Shown: piece by piece, positions 40,377 through 51,064 of the stretch
Numbering within the stretch: position 1 is the stretch's first letter
Layout: each line of letters starts with the position of its first letter
Source of the DNA: a bacterium
GTDB lineage: Bacteria; UBA8248; JACPRG01; G963555815
NCBI GenBank assembly: GCA_965261595.1
Contig: CBDHDG010000005.1
Span: 896,001-960,000 of the forward strand
DNA length: 64,000 nt
Reading direction: 5' to 3'
Notes under the pieces: model-generated
Told to the model about the DNA's origin: nothing
The model's input: the letters and a program-made list of their open reading frames with translations, nothing else
Databases searched by the model: none
Made by a program: the position numbers and the translations under genes

Positions 40377-41384
40377 TCAAGGACTTTTCGGGAAAAGCTT
40401 GGGCAAGAACTTGTTGGTGTAAACCTCCGAAGTGGAAGGTTTGCGCGGGAGGTTCATATATTTCGCCAGAACGTCCACGGTGTGGGCCATCTTCTTCTCA
40501 TCCATATGGCCGATCCCATGGGTTTTGGCGTACTCGGACAGCAACAGCTCCACGGCAATGGCCAGCTGCCTTTTCGCGATGGAACGGTCAAGGGTCGGCG
40601 TTTGGGCCATGAAGATGTCGAGAGCCTCTTTTGGGTTCTCCACGGACCAGGCCCAGGCCCTCATGGTGGCCCGGACGAAGCGGCCCACCTGGCCCGGGTT
40701 CTGTTGAATGCGCTTGTCCACGGCCACGAGACCGTTGGAGTAGAGATCCAGGCCGTTCTCGGAAAAGCGCAGGATGGAGATCTTCAGGTTCACCTTCCGG
40801 GCGCTCGCCAGGATGGCGGGGGCGTCCGTGACGTAGTTGCTGATGGCGTCCACGCGACCCGAGAGAAGGCTCGGCACCTTCGCCGATCCCGACATGCCGA
40901 TCCATTCAACGTCGCTTCCCTTGAAACCGTTCGACATGGCGAAGGCTGGAAAGATGATCCGGACGGCATCGCCCTTTCGTCCGCCGAACTTCTTCCCGAT
41001 AAAGTCCTTCGGCTTTTTGTAGCCGTTCTTGCTCAGGGAGAAGACGGCATGTGGGGCGCGGTCGTGAATCATGCCGAGGACCTTTACGGTGAGGCCGCGC
41101 GTGCGACCCACGATGACCGCGCCCACATCGGCGAACCCGTAGTCGCTCGTCTCGGTGGCCACCGCCTTGACCGTATTGCCCGACCCTCTTCCCCGGAGGA
41201 TCTCCGGGTCCAGACCTTCCGCTTTATAGAGTCCCTTCTTGACCCCTGCGAACCAGGGCGAGTGCTTCCCGTTCAGGATCCAATCCATCATCACGACAAG
41301 CCGCTCGGCCCGCACGGGAGCGGAAAGAGAGCAAAGGAATATGCCCGTGAACATCGCTGCCAGGCTCCATCTCATCCAACGCAT
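40377..41384 (-). CDS. ABC transporter substrate-binding protein, NMT1/THI5-like
   Basis: Signal peptide; DWILNGKHSPW, GRGSGNTV, GLDLYSNGL, VYTNKFL. Confidence 0.88.
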   Translation of the reverse strand: MRWMRWSLAAMFTGIFLCSLSAPVRAERLVVMMDWILNGKHSPWFAGVKKGLYKAEGLDPEILRGRGSGNTVKAVATETSDYGFADVGAVIVGRTRGLTVKVLGMIHDRAPHAVFSLSKNGYKKPKDFIGKKFGGRKGDAVRIIFPAFAMSNGFKGSDVEWIGMSGSAKVPSLLSGRVDAISNYVTDAPAILASARKVNLKISILRFSENGLDLYSNGLVAVDKRIQQNPGQVGRFVRATMRAWAWSVENPKEALDIFMAQTPTLDRSIAKRQLAIAVELLLSEYAKTHGIGHMDEKKMAHTVDVLAKYMNLPRKPSTSEVYTNKFLPKLFPKSP

Positions 41385-41708
41385 CGCGATCTCTCCTTTT
41401 GATTTTCCCGACGCGCCTCTTGGTAGCCGGCAGGGTCTATGATCCCATCCCCACCGCGTCTGGCGGGGACAGTCGGGCCACCACTCACTCCATCCCTCTT
41501 GACGAGACCGCCGGCCGCCTCCGGTCGTCCAAACACCTCCTCCAGCCCGCGATAGGCAAGCAGGCCGCCATCGCTCGCGACCCTGCCTCCGTAAAAATGC
41601 TGTCTTACCTGACATCGCCCGGATACCCGTTGCGAGCACCCGTTGTGGGCACCCCGGATTCCATGCCCGGCCGTCGTGAATTTGTATCGAACCGGGTCGT
41701 CTTCCCTT

Positions 41709-43124
41709 TTACGGCTTCTCCGCAGAGAGTGAGGCTTTGTCCTGATGGGAGAGGATGGTATCCAGGTCAATCTGATCCGTAAGGCGGTTGGAAATCCGTT
41801 CGGGCCACTCATAGCCATAGCCGATGGGGCGAGTGGCATCGATTCCAATCTTCGTCACCAGGCCGTCCCGGCTCGACCGGGTGATGTTCTGGGCCGTTGG
41901 GTCGAGCCGACACCCCCGAGCGCCGGGCGCCAGGAGGATGTCGCGCTCCCCCTGAACGCGCGTGGCGATGGCCCAGCTCACCTCTCGGGAGTTTCCGATG
42001 TCGATGTCGTCGTCCACGACGACGGCCATCCTGAGCATGGTGTCCCGTCCCAGGGTGAAGAGGAGGACGTTCTTGGCGTCCCCTTCATTGACCTTCTCCA
42101 TGGAGATGTGGACCATGAATCCGAACTGTTCGATGGGGAATCGGACCGAGCGCACGGTCGGGATCACTTTTCGGAGCTCGCGAAGCAGGGCAGCCTCGCG
42201 GGCGGGAAGGGCCAGGAACACGTGCTCGGCGAGGCCTGAGGCGATGGTTTGGTAGTAGGCCCCTTGACGATGGGTGATGGCGCTGAGCCGCATCACGGGC
42301 CGTTCGACGATCTGACCGTAGTGTCCCGTGAACTCTCCGAATGGACCTTCCACCTCCCGGCGACCCGGCAGGATCTCCCCTTCCAGGACAATTTCCGCGT
42401 CCGCCGGCACCTCCAGGTCGACGGTCTCGCACGGGACCAGATTGATGGGTTCCCCCAGCAAACCCGATGCGACCTCATATTCATCGTCCCCCGTCGCCAC
42501 GGAGGCCAGACCTTGAGAGGCCAGGTACAGGGCAGGATGGGCTCCGAGGATAATCGCAACCGGCAGGGGTTGCCCCTTCTCTTCGGCCTGCCGGTGCAGA
42601 AATTGAATCTGCTTCCCCCAGCTGTAATACAGTCCAATGTGAGACTCGTCGATGAGACGGTTGCGGAAGATTCCCAGGTCCACCTTCCTGGAAACCGGGT
42701 CTCGGCTGACGGCGATCCCGGCGGTGATGTAAGGGGCGTCGTCTGCGTCGTTGTGGGTGAAGACGGGAAGCCTGCGGATGTCTATATCATCGCCTGTGAG
42801 GATCACTTCACGCACCGGCCCGTCCATCACCCGCCGAGGGGCAATGCGCTCAGATTCGCGGCTCGCGATGGTTTCGAGCAGCTCTTCCTCCTCGACCCCC
42901 AGGGACCATGCAACCCGCCGGCGCTCGGCCATGACATTGCACACCACCGGGAAATCGGAACCCACAATGTTCTCGAAGACTAAAATGGGAAAGCGATGCT
43001 CCTTTTCGAGGCGCGCAATGATGGCGGTCGCTTCCAAGTACGGATCAACCGGTTTCTGCACATGGATGATTTCTTCGGGCGAACGAGAACCCATCTCATC
43101 GAGCACCCCCCGCAGATCTTTCAC
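41709..43124 (-). CDS. UbiD family (prFMN) decarboxylase
   Basis: DDAPYITAG, VPADAEIVLEG, EGPFGEFTGHY, VVVDDDID, WAIATR, LDPT, KIGIDAT; start approximate. Confidence 0.93.
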   Translation of the reverse strand: MKDLRGVLDEMGSRSPEEIIHVQKPVDPYLEATAIIARLEKEHRFPILVFENIVGSDFPVVCNVMAERRRVAWSLGVEEEELLETIASRESERIAPRRVMDGPVREVILTGDDIDIRRLPVFTHNDADDAPYITAGIAVSRDPVSRKVDLGIFRNRLIDESHIGLYYSWGKQIQFLHRQAEEKGQPLPVAIILGAHPALYLASQGLASVATGDDEYEVASGLLGEPINLVPCETVDLEVPADAEIVLEGEILPGRREVEGPFGEFTGHYGQIVERPVMRLSAITHRQGAYYQTIASGLAEHVFLALPAREAALLRELRKVIPTVRSVRFPIEQFGFMVHISMEKVNEGDAKNVLLFTLGRDTMLRMAVVVDDDIDIGNSREVSWAIATRVQGERDILLAPGARGCRLDPTAQNITRSSRDGLVTKIGIDATRPIGYGYEWPERISNRLTDQIDLDTILSHQDKASLSAEKP

Positions 43125-43615
43125 TTGAACCTCCTGATTCCCGGGGCCTAATTTCTCAAGCCGGTCCATGGAGGGCTCGGATGTGTCGGAGCATCCCGGA
43201 CCCAACCTCCCTGTCATGAAACTCTTGCACCCGAATCACGCCTGAGGCGTCAAGCCAATCCTGGACATAGAAGGACCGGTGTCACGGACTTACACGGTTC
43301 AAGACGGATGAGCGGGCATTATAGCGCTAACGATGATCTGTCGTCAAATACCATAAGATTGGTCCCTCCTGCGGGGGTGTTTGTTACATGGAGATCAATG
43401 TCTCCAGCGGGTAACGCAATCCGGGGCGTCCCCTTCATGGGCCCGCACGTCACAAAGGAGGCACTGGCGGGAAAGCCGTCGGTGACACCCTTCCCTGAAT
43501 CACAGGGTGTTCAGACCCTGTCATTCTTTTCTCTTCGTGCAACATCTAGATCCACAACGAGTTAACAAGATTAAATCAGGCTTACCTCTTCTCTTTGTGG
43601 GGAATCCGGGCTCAC

Positions 43616-44614
43616 TCACTTCGCCATTTGCGGAAGGAACGCGTTGGTGTAGACGTCGTCGGTTTTCACGCGCACCTTCAGCGGGGTGTACTTGGTGATG
43701 ATGTCCACCGTCCGGTCCATTTTCCCGGAGTCCATATAGCCCAGGCCGTGCTCGATCACGCCCTGATCGATATTGAGCTTCCGGGTCTGGTGGTACTGCA
43801 AGCGGACCACCTTCGGGTTCGAGGTGGGGGAGTACTTCAAGAAGTTGTTCAGGCACTTGTCCATGTACACCATGCAGTGACCCCAGGCGTCGATGCTGGC
43901 GCGGACGAACCGCTTGAGGATCCCGGGGTTGTTCCGGATGGTGTCATCGTGGGCGATCGATGCCGTTGGCGTAGATGTCCACGCCCCACTCGCTGAAGCG
44001 CAACATCTCGCTGTCTTTTCCCGCTTTGCGGGCGGCCGCCTGGAAGTTGGGCTGTTCGTCGGCGAAGATGGGAATGGCGTCCAGCTTGCCCGTCAGGACG
44101 CCCGGGAGCATGGTGCCGTAACCCAAGGTGGTCCAGGAAACCGTTTTGGGGTCCAGGCCGTTGGCGTTGGCGAAGGCGGGGAACACCTTCCAGGCCGCGT
44201 CCCCTTCGGGACCGCCCAGCCGCGCGCCGGCGAGATCTTTGGGGTGTTTGTATCCTTTCGACTTGAGGTGCCAGATGGCCATGGGGGTCTTGGCGTAATA
44301 CATGGCGAGAACTTTGACCTTGGCTCCCTTCGAGCGGCGATGATTAAGGAGCCCACGTCGGCGAAGCCGAGGGGCGCCGTCTTTGCGGCGATGCGCTTGA
44401 TGGTGTCCCCGGAACCAAAGCCCCGCTCGATTTTTACGTCGAGGCCCTCCTTCTTAAAGTACCCGAAGTCCTTGGTGGCAAAGAAGGGGACGTGCTCGCT
44501 GTAGAAGATCCAGTCCAAATACCAAGTCACTTTTTCCTGGGCCGCGGGGGACCCAATCCAGCCAGCCGCAATCAGCCACGCGCTTACGATGACTGCCGTC
44601 ATTCCCTTTTTCAT
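43616..44614 (-). pseudogene. NMT1/THI5-like substrate-binding protein with frameshifts ~44335 and ~43958
   Basis: LDWIFYSEHVPF...GFGSGDT, then AIWHLKS...DIYANG, then DVYTNAFL in successive frames. Confidence 0.8.
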
Positions 44615-44738
44615 TTTTCCCCCCTTGGAATGGGCTTGAGCGGAAGCTTGAAATCGCATTCCGCGTGAGACCATATAGGGTGGTGCTCCGTCGAAATTTC
44701 CGACTTTCCCGGGGCGCATTTCCGCGTTCGGACTTCTC

Positions 44739-45353
44739 CTATGGGTCATAAATCTGAACCCGCAACGGCCCGCCCGTGGCGGGGCAGGCGCTCAGCGCGC
44801 ACAGGACGTCCATCTCGGCCACGCAATCAACGTAGTCGCCGGGCTGGCTCCGGCCTTCGGCGAGGGCGAACCTCCCTTCCTCCGGAACGAAGTCCACGGT
44901 TTGAAACAGGTTCAACGGGTCGGGGATGTCCTCGGCCGGGATGTTCCAGGGCTTGAGTGCCTCAGTCAGGATCTCCCAGCAGCCGACCTCGGGCCGGCCG
45001 AGGGCGCCGCCCACGGTGAAGCCCTCGGCGAAGCTGTGTGATTCTCTCTGGTAGACGAACCGGCTGCACATCCCGTATTGCAGGTCATGAATGCCGTACG
45101 TGTCCTCGACGATGGTCAGCATGACGTTGTTGGACTTGGAGTAGAGGTGATCCCCCGTGGAGATCAAATACTTTCCCGGGTTGGATCGGGTTCGGGATTG
45201 GTTGAACCGCTCGCTGAGGTCGTTGGCGTTGAACAGGACCAGGTCGCCGATCTGTCCGCCCTCGACGTCGATGAACCGGATGCGCCGCCCCTTCTTCACG
45301 ATCCACGCCCCGCCCCGACGGGCCGGAATGGTTTCATCCTTGAGAAGATTCAT
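44739..45353 (-). CDS. DUF1989 / urea carboxylase-associated family protein
   Basis: IDVEGGQIGDL..FNA, EDTYGIHD, GC, LNLF, SQPGDYV, LSACP. Confidence 0.87.
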   Translation of the reverse strand: MNLLKDETIPARRGGAWIVKKGRRIRFIDVEGGQIGDLVLFNANDLSERFNQSRTRSNPGKYLISTGDHLYSKSNNVMLTIVEDTYGIHDLQYGMCSRFVYQRESHSFAEGFTVGGALGRPEVGCWEILTEALKPWNIPAEDIPDPLNLFQTVDFVPEEGRFALAEGRSQPGDYVDCVAEMDVLCALSACPATGGPLRVQIYDP

Positions 45354-45378
45354 CGCGAGCCTCCCGGACGGGTCCCGG

Positions 45379-45867
45379 CTATTCAGGTAAAGCGGCGTGA
45401 CGCCCCTCGGCGGCGGCCGCGATCGCTTCTACGATCTGGACGTACCCGGTGCACCGGCAGAGGTTGCCGATGAGGGCCTCGCGGGTTTCCTCCTCCGTGG
45501 GTCTCGGGTTTTCGTCGAGGAGGGCCTTCACCGTCATGATGAATCCCGGCGTGCAGTAGCCGCACTGAAGCGCGCCGTAGTTGACGAAGGCCTCCTGGAT
45601 CGGATGGAGATTTCCGTCCTCCCCCTGGAGACCCTCAATGGTCGTGATGGAGCGGCCGCGGGCCTGAAGGGCGAGCATCAGGCAGGACTTGATGTTTTGT
45701 CCGTCCAACAGGACTGTGCAGCATCCGCACGCCCCGCTCTCGCAGCCCCGCTTGGTCCCGGTGAGGCCCAGGTGGTCCCGCAGGGCCTCGACCAGGAGAC
45801 GGCGGGAATCGATGGTCACCTCGTGGTCCTCTTCGTTGACCCGAAGCGTGATGTCGTGCCTTTTCAT
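45379..45867 (-). CDS. (2Fe-2S)-binding small subunit (CoxS/XdhC-type)
   Basis: GTKRGCESGACGCCTV, QCGYCTPG, GNLCRCTGY. Confidence 0.95.
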   Translation of the reverse strand: MKRHDITLRVNEEDHEVTIDSRRLLVEALRDHLGLTGTKRGCESGACGCCTVLLDGQNIKSCLMLALQARGRSITTIEGLQGEDGNLHPIQEAFVNYGALQCGYCTPGFIMTVKALLDENPRPTEEETREALIGNLCRCTGYVQIVEAIAAAAEGRHAALPE

Positions 45868-48200
45868 CCTTCGCTCGCGTCCTTTCCCGCCCCGGCGGCG
45901 GAGCCTTCAGGGACGCCGCTCTCCCGCGCGGCCTTTTCCTTCAGGGCGCGCAGGACCTTGTCCGGGGTGATGGGCAGGGAGGTGATACGGACGCCCGCCG
46001 CGTTGTAAATCGCGTTGGAAATGACGGCCGCGATCGGGACGATGCAGCATTCCGAGGCTCCCTTGGCGCCGAACGGTCCGTTCGGATCGTCGGTCTCGAC
46101 GATGATGGTTTCGATCTTCGGAAGCCCGACGGAGCGCGGGATCGTATAGTCGGCGAGGCTCCCGTTGACGAATTGTCCGCCTTCGGAGACGAGGTTTTCG
46201 AAGATGGCGTAACCCAGGCCCTGAACGATCTCCCCGTTGAGCTGTCCCTCGACGGCGAGGGGGTTCAGGATCTTCCCCAGGTCGTCCGCGGCGACCAGCC
46301 GGGTTACGTCCACCTGCCCGGTCTCGGTGTCCACCGTAACCTCGGCCGTCTGGGCGACGAAGGTGTAGGCGGGGGAGATGTTCCCGTAAATGGTTTTCTT
46401 GTCCGCCATCTCGGTGGGCGCCTGGTAGGCGCCGCGTCCGATGATTCCGCCGCCCTCGCGCGCGAATTGCTTTTCCCGACTCACCTCCGCGACGCTGAGC
46501 CGTTTCTCCGGGAAGCCCTTCATGTGGACAGTCCCGTCCTGAACGTAGAGGTCTTCCACGGAGGTTTCGAGCATCTCGGCGGCCCCCTCCAGAAGCTGTC
46601 GCTTCACATCGGCCGCCGCTCGCTGGACGGCGTTGCCGGCCGTCATCGTGAGCCGGCTGGCCCAGGCCCCGTGGCAGTAAGGCGTCAGGTCGGTGTCGGC
46701 GGAGGAGACGGACACGTCGGACGGCGGAATCCCTAGCTCCTCGGCGGCGATCATGGTGAGCATGGTCGTGCACCCCTGGCCGATATCGCCCTCTCCGGAG
46801 ATGAGGATGACCGTTCCGTCGTTGTTCAGCTTGATCAGGGCGTCGGAGCCGTCCCAATCGGTGAAGGCCCGGTTTGCGCTGACGTGGATCGCGCAGCCCA
46901 GCCCCACACCCCGCCGGCGGGTCCCCGGCTCGGGGGTCTTGGGCCGGCTCTCCCACCCGATGGCCTCGGTCGCCTTCTCGACGCACTCGGTCAGGCCGCA
47001 GCTATCCATCTTCCATCCATGGACGGATACGTCTCCCTGCCGGATGGCGTTCCGAAGCCGGACGGCTTTGGGGTCCATGCCCAGCCGCTCGGCCAGGACG
47101 TCCATGTGGCACTCCAGGGCGAAGGCCATCTGGGGGTTTCCGAACCCCCGGAACGCTCCCGTGGGGATCTTGTTGGTGAACACGAGAAGGGCGCGGGTCC
47201 GAAGGTTTTCCTGCCGATAGAGCGAATCCATCCGGGTCGCCGTGGTCTGCGTGATGGACCCGGCGATCCCGGTGTAGGCGCCGTTGTCGACGAGGATTCG
47301 GGTGTCCTTCGCGACGATTTTTCCTTCCCGGTCCGCCCCCATTCTCAGGGTGATCTTCTGCCGGGTCCGGGGCCGGCCGGCCGCGAAGTCTTCGAGGCGG
47401 TTGTTCATGAGCCGGACGGTCTTGCCCGTTTTCCAGGCGAGGAAAGCCGAGATGGGGGCGTTGGGGTCCTCCGCCAGCTTGCCCCCGAACCCCCCGCCGA
47501 CGAAGGGCTGGATGACCCGGACCTTCGATTGGGGGAGCCCCAGGGCCTGGGCGACGACTTCCTTCTGGAAGTAGATGGTCTGGGTGGAGGACCAGACGGT
47601 CACGCCGCCCGATGAATCGGCCGCCGCCATCGACCCGGCGGGCTCCATGTAGGCCTGGTACTGGTATGGGGTCTCGTAAGTGTCCTCGTGAACAACATGC
47701 GCGGCGGCGAATCCCGCCTCGATGTCCCCCCGGTCGATCCGGATGTCCCGGACGATGTTGCTCTGTCCCTCATGGACCTGGGGGGCGTCCGGCTTCATGG
47801 CCTCCTCGGGTTCCAGGACGGCCGGAAGCGGCTCGTAATCCACCTGGATCAGTCCCAGGGCCTCCCCGGCGGCGTCGGCGTCCGTGGCCACGACGGCCGC
47901 CACCTCCTCGCCGATGAACCTCACCTTGCCGACCGCCAGGATGTAATGCTCTTGATAAATCTGCCCCCAAAGGATTTTCGGGGTGTCCTCGCCGGTCAGG
48001 ACGGCCTTGACGCCGGGAAGTCTCAGCGCCTTCGAGGCATCGATGTTCAAGATCCGGGCGTGGGCGTGCGGGCTTCGCAGAATGGCGGCTTCATGGAGAC
48101 GGGGATGCCGGAGGTCCGCGGTGTAGTCCGCCGTCCCGGTCACCTTCTCCCTCGCGTCCACCATGGGAAGGGGTTTTCCGATGACCGAAAGTTCCGTCAT
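45864..48200 (-). CDS. Xanthine dehydrogenase family molybdopterin-binding subunit
   Basis: ILRSPHAHARI, GGGFGGK, AFRGFGNPQ, IGQG, GPFGAKG. Confidence 0.93.
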   Translation of the reverse strand: MTELSVIGKPLPMVDAREKVTGTADYTADLRHPRLHEAAILRSPHAHARILNIDASKALRLPGVKAVLTGEDTPKILWGQIYQEHYILAVGKVRFIGEEVAAVVATDADAAGEALGLIQVDYEPLPAVLEPEEAMKPDAPQVHEGQSNIVRDIRIDRGDIEAGFAAAHVVHEDTYETPYQYQAYMEPAGSMAAADSSGGVTVWSSTQTIYFQKEVVAQALGLPQSKVRVIQPFVGGGFGGKLAEDPNAPISAFLAWKTGKTVRLMNNRLEDFAAGRPRTRQKITLRMGADREGKIVAKDTRILVDNGAYTGIAGSITQTTATRMDSLYRQENLRTRALLVFTNKIPTGAFRGFGNPQMAFALECHMDVLAERLGMDPKAVRLRNAIRQGDVSVHGWKMDSCGLTECVEKATEAIGWESRPKTPEPGTRRRGVGLGCAIHVSANRAFTDWDGSDALIKLNNDGTVILISGEGDIGQGCTTMLTMIAAEELGIPPSDVSVSSADTDLTPYCHGAWASRLTMTAGNAVQRAAADVKRQLLEGAAEMLETSVEDLYVQDGTVHMKGFPEKRLSVAEVSREKQFAREGGGIIGRGAYQAPTEMADKKTIYGNISPAYTFVAQTAEVTVDTETGQVDVTRLVAADDLGKILNPLAVEGQLNGEIVQGLGYAIFENLVSEGGQFVNGSLADYTIPRSVGLPKIETIIVETDDPNGPFGAKGASECCIVPIAAVISNAIYNAAGVRITSLPITPDKVLRALKEKAARESGVPEGSAAGAGKDASEG

Positions 48201-48467
48201 CTTTCACTCCTTTCGCACGTCAACAAGACCTGAGCCGCCACTGCCCGATTTGAGGGTTCCGCCGTATGCCGGGGGCAAGCCCGGATGAAGGGCAAGCAGA
48301 GCGGGGCGGTTTTTCTCTCAAGAAAAGAGCGGAGATTCAATTCGATGGCCGCGCACTTGTCGATATTCATCACGGGCACGGTTGAATGTCAAGCGAGCGG
48401 GTCAAAATCGCGGAACGGAGAAGGCTTGGACGGCGGATGTGTCTCTGTGATTTTTTTTCTACCCCGT

Positions 48468-49256
48468 TCAATGCCGCTCCAGGAAATCCCGGACGCGGGC
48501 ATGAAAGAGGGCGGGCGATTCCAGTGACAGAAAGTGTCCCCCGTCCAGGATCTCAAGCTCCGCGCCGGGAATGACGCGCGCCAGTTCCTCCGAGAAATAG
48601 GGGGGCGTGCACGTGTCTTCCCTTCCCACGATCACGAGCGCGGGTTTGCGCACCCGCCCGAGGCGGCCGAGCTGGTTGTGATGGATGAGCATCTCGACGC
48701 GCTTGGCCGTGACCTCCTCATTGGCCGGTTTCGCGAGCCGGGCGGCTTCCCAGCCGACGACCTCCCCGTAATGCTCCCGGATGTATCGGGCGGACCACCA
48801 GAAGAGTGACGACGCCTCCGTGTACGCCCGGAACCCCAATTTTTCGACGAGCGTTTTTCGGGTTTCCAGGCAGCGTTTGTAATACGCGTCCGTCTTGGCC
48901 CAGGTCGAGGCCAGGACGACGGACCGGACGACATCGGAATGGTCGAGCGCCATCACCTGGGCGATGGCGCCCCCCGTCGAGGTTCCCACGATGTGCGCCG
49001 GCCCCGTCTTTAGCGCCCGCAGGGTCTCGGCCATGTCCGAGGCGTGCCGCTCGATCGTATAGCCCCCCTCGGTCACGGTTGTCCGGCCCGCGCCCCGGTG
49101 ATCCGGGACGATGGTCCGGAACGCCTCGGCGAACATCCGGATCTGCGTTCCCCAGGAAGCCCCCACGCCTCCAAGGCCGGTGATCAGCATGAGCGGATCG
49201 CCCCGCCCGTGGATCTCGTAATACACCTCGATGTCGTTCACGGCGACTGTCGGCAT
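48468..49256 (-). CDS. Alpha/beta hydrolase (RutD / enol-lactone hydrolase-like)
   Basis: LITGLGG, DHRGAG, GTSTGG nucleophile elbow, D...P, GGH. Confidence 0.87.
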   Translation of the reverse strand: MPTVAVNDIEVYYEIHGRGDPLMLITGLGGVGASWGTQIRMFAEAFRTIVPDHRGAGRTTVTEGGYTIERHASDMAETLRALKTGPAHIVGTSTGGAIAQVMALDHSDVVRSVVLASTWAKTDAYYKRCLETRKTLVEKLGFRAYTEASSLFWWSARYIREHYGEVVGWEAARLAKPANEEVTAKRVEMLIHHNQLGRLGRVRKPALVIVGREDTCTPPYFSEELARVIPGAELEILDGGHFLSLESPALFHARVRDFLERH

Positions 49257-49259
49257 TCT

Positions 49260-50078
49260 CTACCCGGAGGACTTGAAGGGGCCGTCGCGTTTTTCCAGGA
49301 ACTTCTTCATCCCGTGCTCCTGCGTGTATCGGACCCATTCCATGCTCTCTTCCGTCGCGTGGATGATGCTCGTCGTCTCGACGTTGTAGGCCAGGGCCTG
49401 CCGGAGCCCCATGATGTCGTACGTGCGGTGGATCGCCTCTTTGTTGATCCGCAGCGCCTTGGGGGGGATGAGGGCGAGGCGGTTCGCGAGCTTCAGCGCC
49501 TCGTCCCGGAGGGCGTCGTGCGGGACGACCCGGTTGACGAGCCCCAGGCGGTGGGCCTCTTGGGCGTCGATCAAGTCCCCCGTGTAAAGCAGCTCCTTGG
49601 CCTGTTTCAGTCCGATGAGCCAGGGCAGGATGAGGGTGGGGGGGGCCGAAGAATGGCGGATTTCGGGCGCGCCGAACTTCGCCCGGTCGGAGGCGACGGC
49701 GAGGTCGCACACCATGCAGAGGTCCATCCCGCCCCCGACGGCGTAGCCGTTCACCACCGCGATGACGGGCTTGGCAAGGTCCCAGACCTTCATCATGTTG
49801 TCGAGGTGGTCTTTCAGTTTGTCCCGCCATTCGTCCGCCGTCGGCATCGCCGTCTTCCCGGCCACGTCGATGTCATACCCCGCCGAGAACGCCCGGCCCG
49901 CGCCCGTGAGGATGACGGCCCGGACACCCTCGTCGGCCTCCGCCTCAGCCAGGGCGGCCTCCATCTCCCGCTTCAGGTCCAGGTTCAAGGCGTTGAGGAC
50001 TTCGGGCCGGTTCAAGGTGATCCGCGCCACCGCGCCGAGAACTTCATAGATGAGGAGATCGTAAGAAGCGCCACCCAT
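49260..50078 (-). CDS. Enoyl-CoA hydratase/isomerase family protein
   Basis: ITLNRPEVLNAL, FSAGYDI, GYAVGGG, FGAPEI. Confidence 0.92.
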   Translation of the reverse strand: MGGASYDLLIYEVLGAVARITLNRPEVLNALNLDLKREMEAALAEAEADEGVRAVILTGAGRAFSAGYDIDVAGKTAMPTADEWRDKLKDHLDNMMKVWDLAKPVIAVVNGYAVGGGMDLCMVCDLAVASDRAKFGAPEIRHSSAPPTLILPWLIGLKQAKELLYTGDLIDAQEAHRLGLVNRVVPHDALRDEALKLANRLALIPPKALRINKEAIHRTYDIMGLRQALAYNVETTSIIHATEESMEWVRYTQEHGMKKFLEKRDGPFKSSG

Positions 50079-50257
50079 AAAAACCCTCCCGGTCAAATCC
50101 GCCGGATGCCCCGCAACCGCGCTTTGTCCAATTCCGCTGAGATTGTCTTGAACGCCAAATTGCCCGAAAACGCCGACGCGCGGAAGCGCTTGCCCGAGAC
50201 GTATTCCGCGTCGGCCCATTCACGCTTGACGCCTCGATTCGGTTTCCAGCCCGGCGT

Positions 50258-50665
50258 TCATCCGGACGCCCACCACTCGCCGATGATCCGCTCGACCTGA
50301 ATCTCGATGGCGACAAAATCCGGAGAGACCGACGTGTTTTTGTTGTAGCGCTCCCGATGGCGCCGGACCGCCTCGGCCACGCGCTCCCGGTCTTCAAAGA
50401 CGCGCCCCCGCCCCTCGAAGCTCGCCCACCGGCCCTCGCCGTCCGCCATGTAAAGGGTCGCGCGGGGGTCGGCCTTCAAATTGGCGACCTTGACGGCGCC
50501 GCGCTTGGCGATTATCCGGGCCAGGCGCTCCGCGGCGTCATACATCATGCAGACGCACACCACGTGCGGCGCGCCGCCCGGCCGTAGCGTCGTCAGCGCG
50601 GCATAGAGGGGAGACGCCAACGCGGCCGACAGGTTCTCCGGCAGATGGTCGAGGTCGAACGCCAT
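50258..50665 (-). CDS. PPOX-class (pyridoxamine 5'-phosphate oxidase-like, possibly F420-dependent) protein
   Basis: ALTTLRPGGAPHV, KVANLKADPRATL, WASFEGRG. Confidence 0.75.
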   Translation of the reverse strand: MAFDLDHLPENLSAALASPLYAALTTLRPGGAPHVVCVCMMYDAAERLARIIAKRGAVKVANLKADPRATLYMADGEGRWASFEGRGRVFEDRERVAEAVRRHRERYNKNTSVSPDFVAIEIQVERIIGEWWASG

Positions 50666-50820
50666 GAAACTCCCCCCCCCTCCCCCCTCCGGCTGGACGG
50701 GGTCGGGCCGCCGCCGGTTGTCGGATGTTATGTTAAGCGACGAGGCGACGGGAGTATATCGATGGAGGCGCTGCCGCCCGACGGATCCAATCCTTCTTGA
50801 CGAATCCCGGCCCTTGATCA

Positions 50821-50858
50821 TCATTCCCGCACGACCCCCCGCCTGCGCGGGAATGACA
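50821..50858. repeat. REP-like inverted repeat TCATTCCCGC...GCGGGAATGAC (half copy at 7431-7445)
   Basis: Seen directly in an intergenic region. Confidence 0.55.
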
Positions 50859-51064
50859 GAGTAGCGGTGCGGCAATGGGGAGGACGTTTCACGTTGGATG
50901 AGCATACGAATCGCTCCAACGGTCCTGAGCAAGATTGGCTTCTTTCCATTTCTAGAGATCAACAAATCCAACCATAAACCACCACGCGATATCCTTGACT
51001 GTCTCCGGGTTTCCGCGCAACCTGACGGCACGCTTCCAGCGTCAGGTTTTCGGAGGGGGAACCC

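Noticed and set aside
43440..43500. Hairpin GCACTGGCGGGAAAGCCGTCGGTG as a riboswitch
   Set aside because: Other conserved riboswitch elements not found, and it is on the strand opposite the flanking genes
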